DNA of 64,000 nucleotides from Malacoraja senta (lineage: Eukaryota), in contig CM075995.1 in the NCBI GenBank assembly GCA_038087875.1, positions 5,706,001 through 5,770,000 on the forward strand, in the 5' to 3' direction. Position numbers and translations under genes: made by a program. Shown one piece after another: positions 63,027 to 64,000 of the stretch. The notes below the pieces were generated by a model. The model worked only from the letters and a program-made list of their open reading frames with translations, was not told the DNA's origin and searched no databases. How positions within the stretch are numbered: position 1 is the first letter of the stretch; each line of letters starts with the position of its first letter.

Positions 63027-63521
63027 AAAATGCTGGAGTAACTCAGCGGGACTGGCAGCATCTCTGGATAGAAGGAATGGGTGACATTTCGGGTCGAGAT
63101 CCATCTTCACATCCTGTACATGAAACACCCCAGAAGTCGAAAATATCACAAGCTATCAATGAGACTCTGATCGCCTGACACACACACATTGACAACAAGC
63201 ATACTCAGGAAAGAAATAATGAGGCATAAAACCACAGTCGTCACAGGATGAATGGATGAATGCAATGGTACAAGGCCAAAAATACAGTGAGAGGACCGGC
63301 AATCTGCTGCCTGATTCTCAGCAGGACACCTTTAAAAAGAAAATAGCTGGCCAACTATTGCAAATTAGTACAATTGTGGCACTCTGTCAAAGCGGACACA
63401 AGCTACATATTTCTTACTGTTTACCGGCAAATGGATGGAAAAATCAACTTATATTTATATAGCAAATCTTACAGATTTAAAATTTCTCAAAAGGCTCTGC
63501 AGACAACAAGTTGTTGTCATT

Positions 63522-63742
63522 ATAGACACAAAATGCTGGAGTAACTCAGTGGGACAGGCAGCATCTCTGGAGAGAAGGAATGGGTGACGTTTCAGATCAA
63601 GACCCTTCTTCAGACTAAAGAAGCGTCTTGATACAAAACGTCACCCATTCCTTCTCTCCAGAGATGCTGCATGTCCCGCTGAGTTACTCCAGCATTTTGT
63701 GTCTATCTTCGGTTTAAACAAGCATCTTCAATTCCTTCCTTC
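63522..63742. mobile_element. Penelope pLTR fold-back unit with 16-bp TSD
   Basis: Inverted pair of pLTR ends; ACAAGTTGTTGTCATT at 63506-63521 and 63743-63758. Confidence 0.85.
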
Positions 63743-64000
63743 ACAAGTTGTTGTCATTGTTTTGATGCAGGTAAATGTGGAACAGACAATTTGTCTCCAG
63801 CAGAACTTTCACCAGCATTTCATAACACTTAAACACTTAAGAGACAATTGGACAGGTACATGAATAGGACACGTTTAGATGGTTATGGGCCAAGGGCAGG
63901 CAGGTGGAACTAATGTAGATGGGGCATGTCGTTCAGCTTGGGCAACTTGGGCCTAAGCGACTGTTTCCAGGCTGTATGGCTCTAACAGTTTTATGATAAA

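Overview
Repeat-rich vertebrate genomic DNA, most likely from a cartilaginous fish (skate/ray). This is inferred from abundant HE1/V-SINE-like tRNA SINEs, CR1 LINEs, Rex1/Babar and Penelope-like elements. The only host gene supported is ELMO1 on the minus strand. Its first five coding exons (78, 41, 73, 51 and 170 bp; about 137 codons) were reconstructed by hand with splice sites, and one intron has a GC donor; the rest of the gene runs off the left edge. A candidate 5'UTR exon lies near 61 kb. Nearly all ORFs in the supplied track are transposon debris or noise. Highlights: (1) a non-autonomous Helitron family whose 5' module carries a correctly spaced GC-box/TATA/Inr promoter-like cassette, present three times antisense to ELMO1, with a downstream splice donor in two copies; (2) many Penelope-derived ends with minimal hammerhead-ribozyme cores, often as ~200-bp fold-back units with 10-16 bp target-site duplications; (3) an inverted, frameshifted genomic copy of a downstream ELMO1 exon at 41.6 kb; (4) a Penelope insertion that duplicated the donor of the ATG exon; (5) Academ-like, Harbinger-like, Tigger-like and hAT non-autonomous DNA transposons. 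There is a 200-N assembly gap at 48316-48515. All calls were made by eye, without database searches, and repeat boundaries are approximate.
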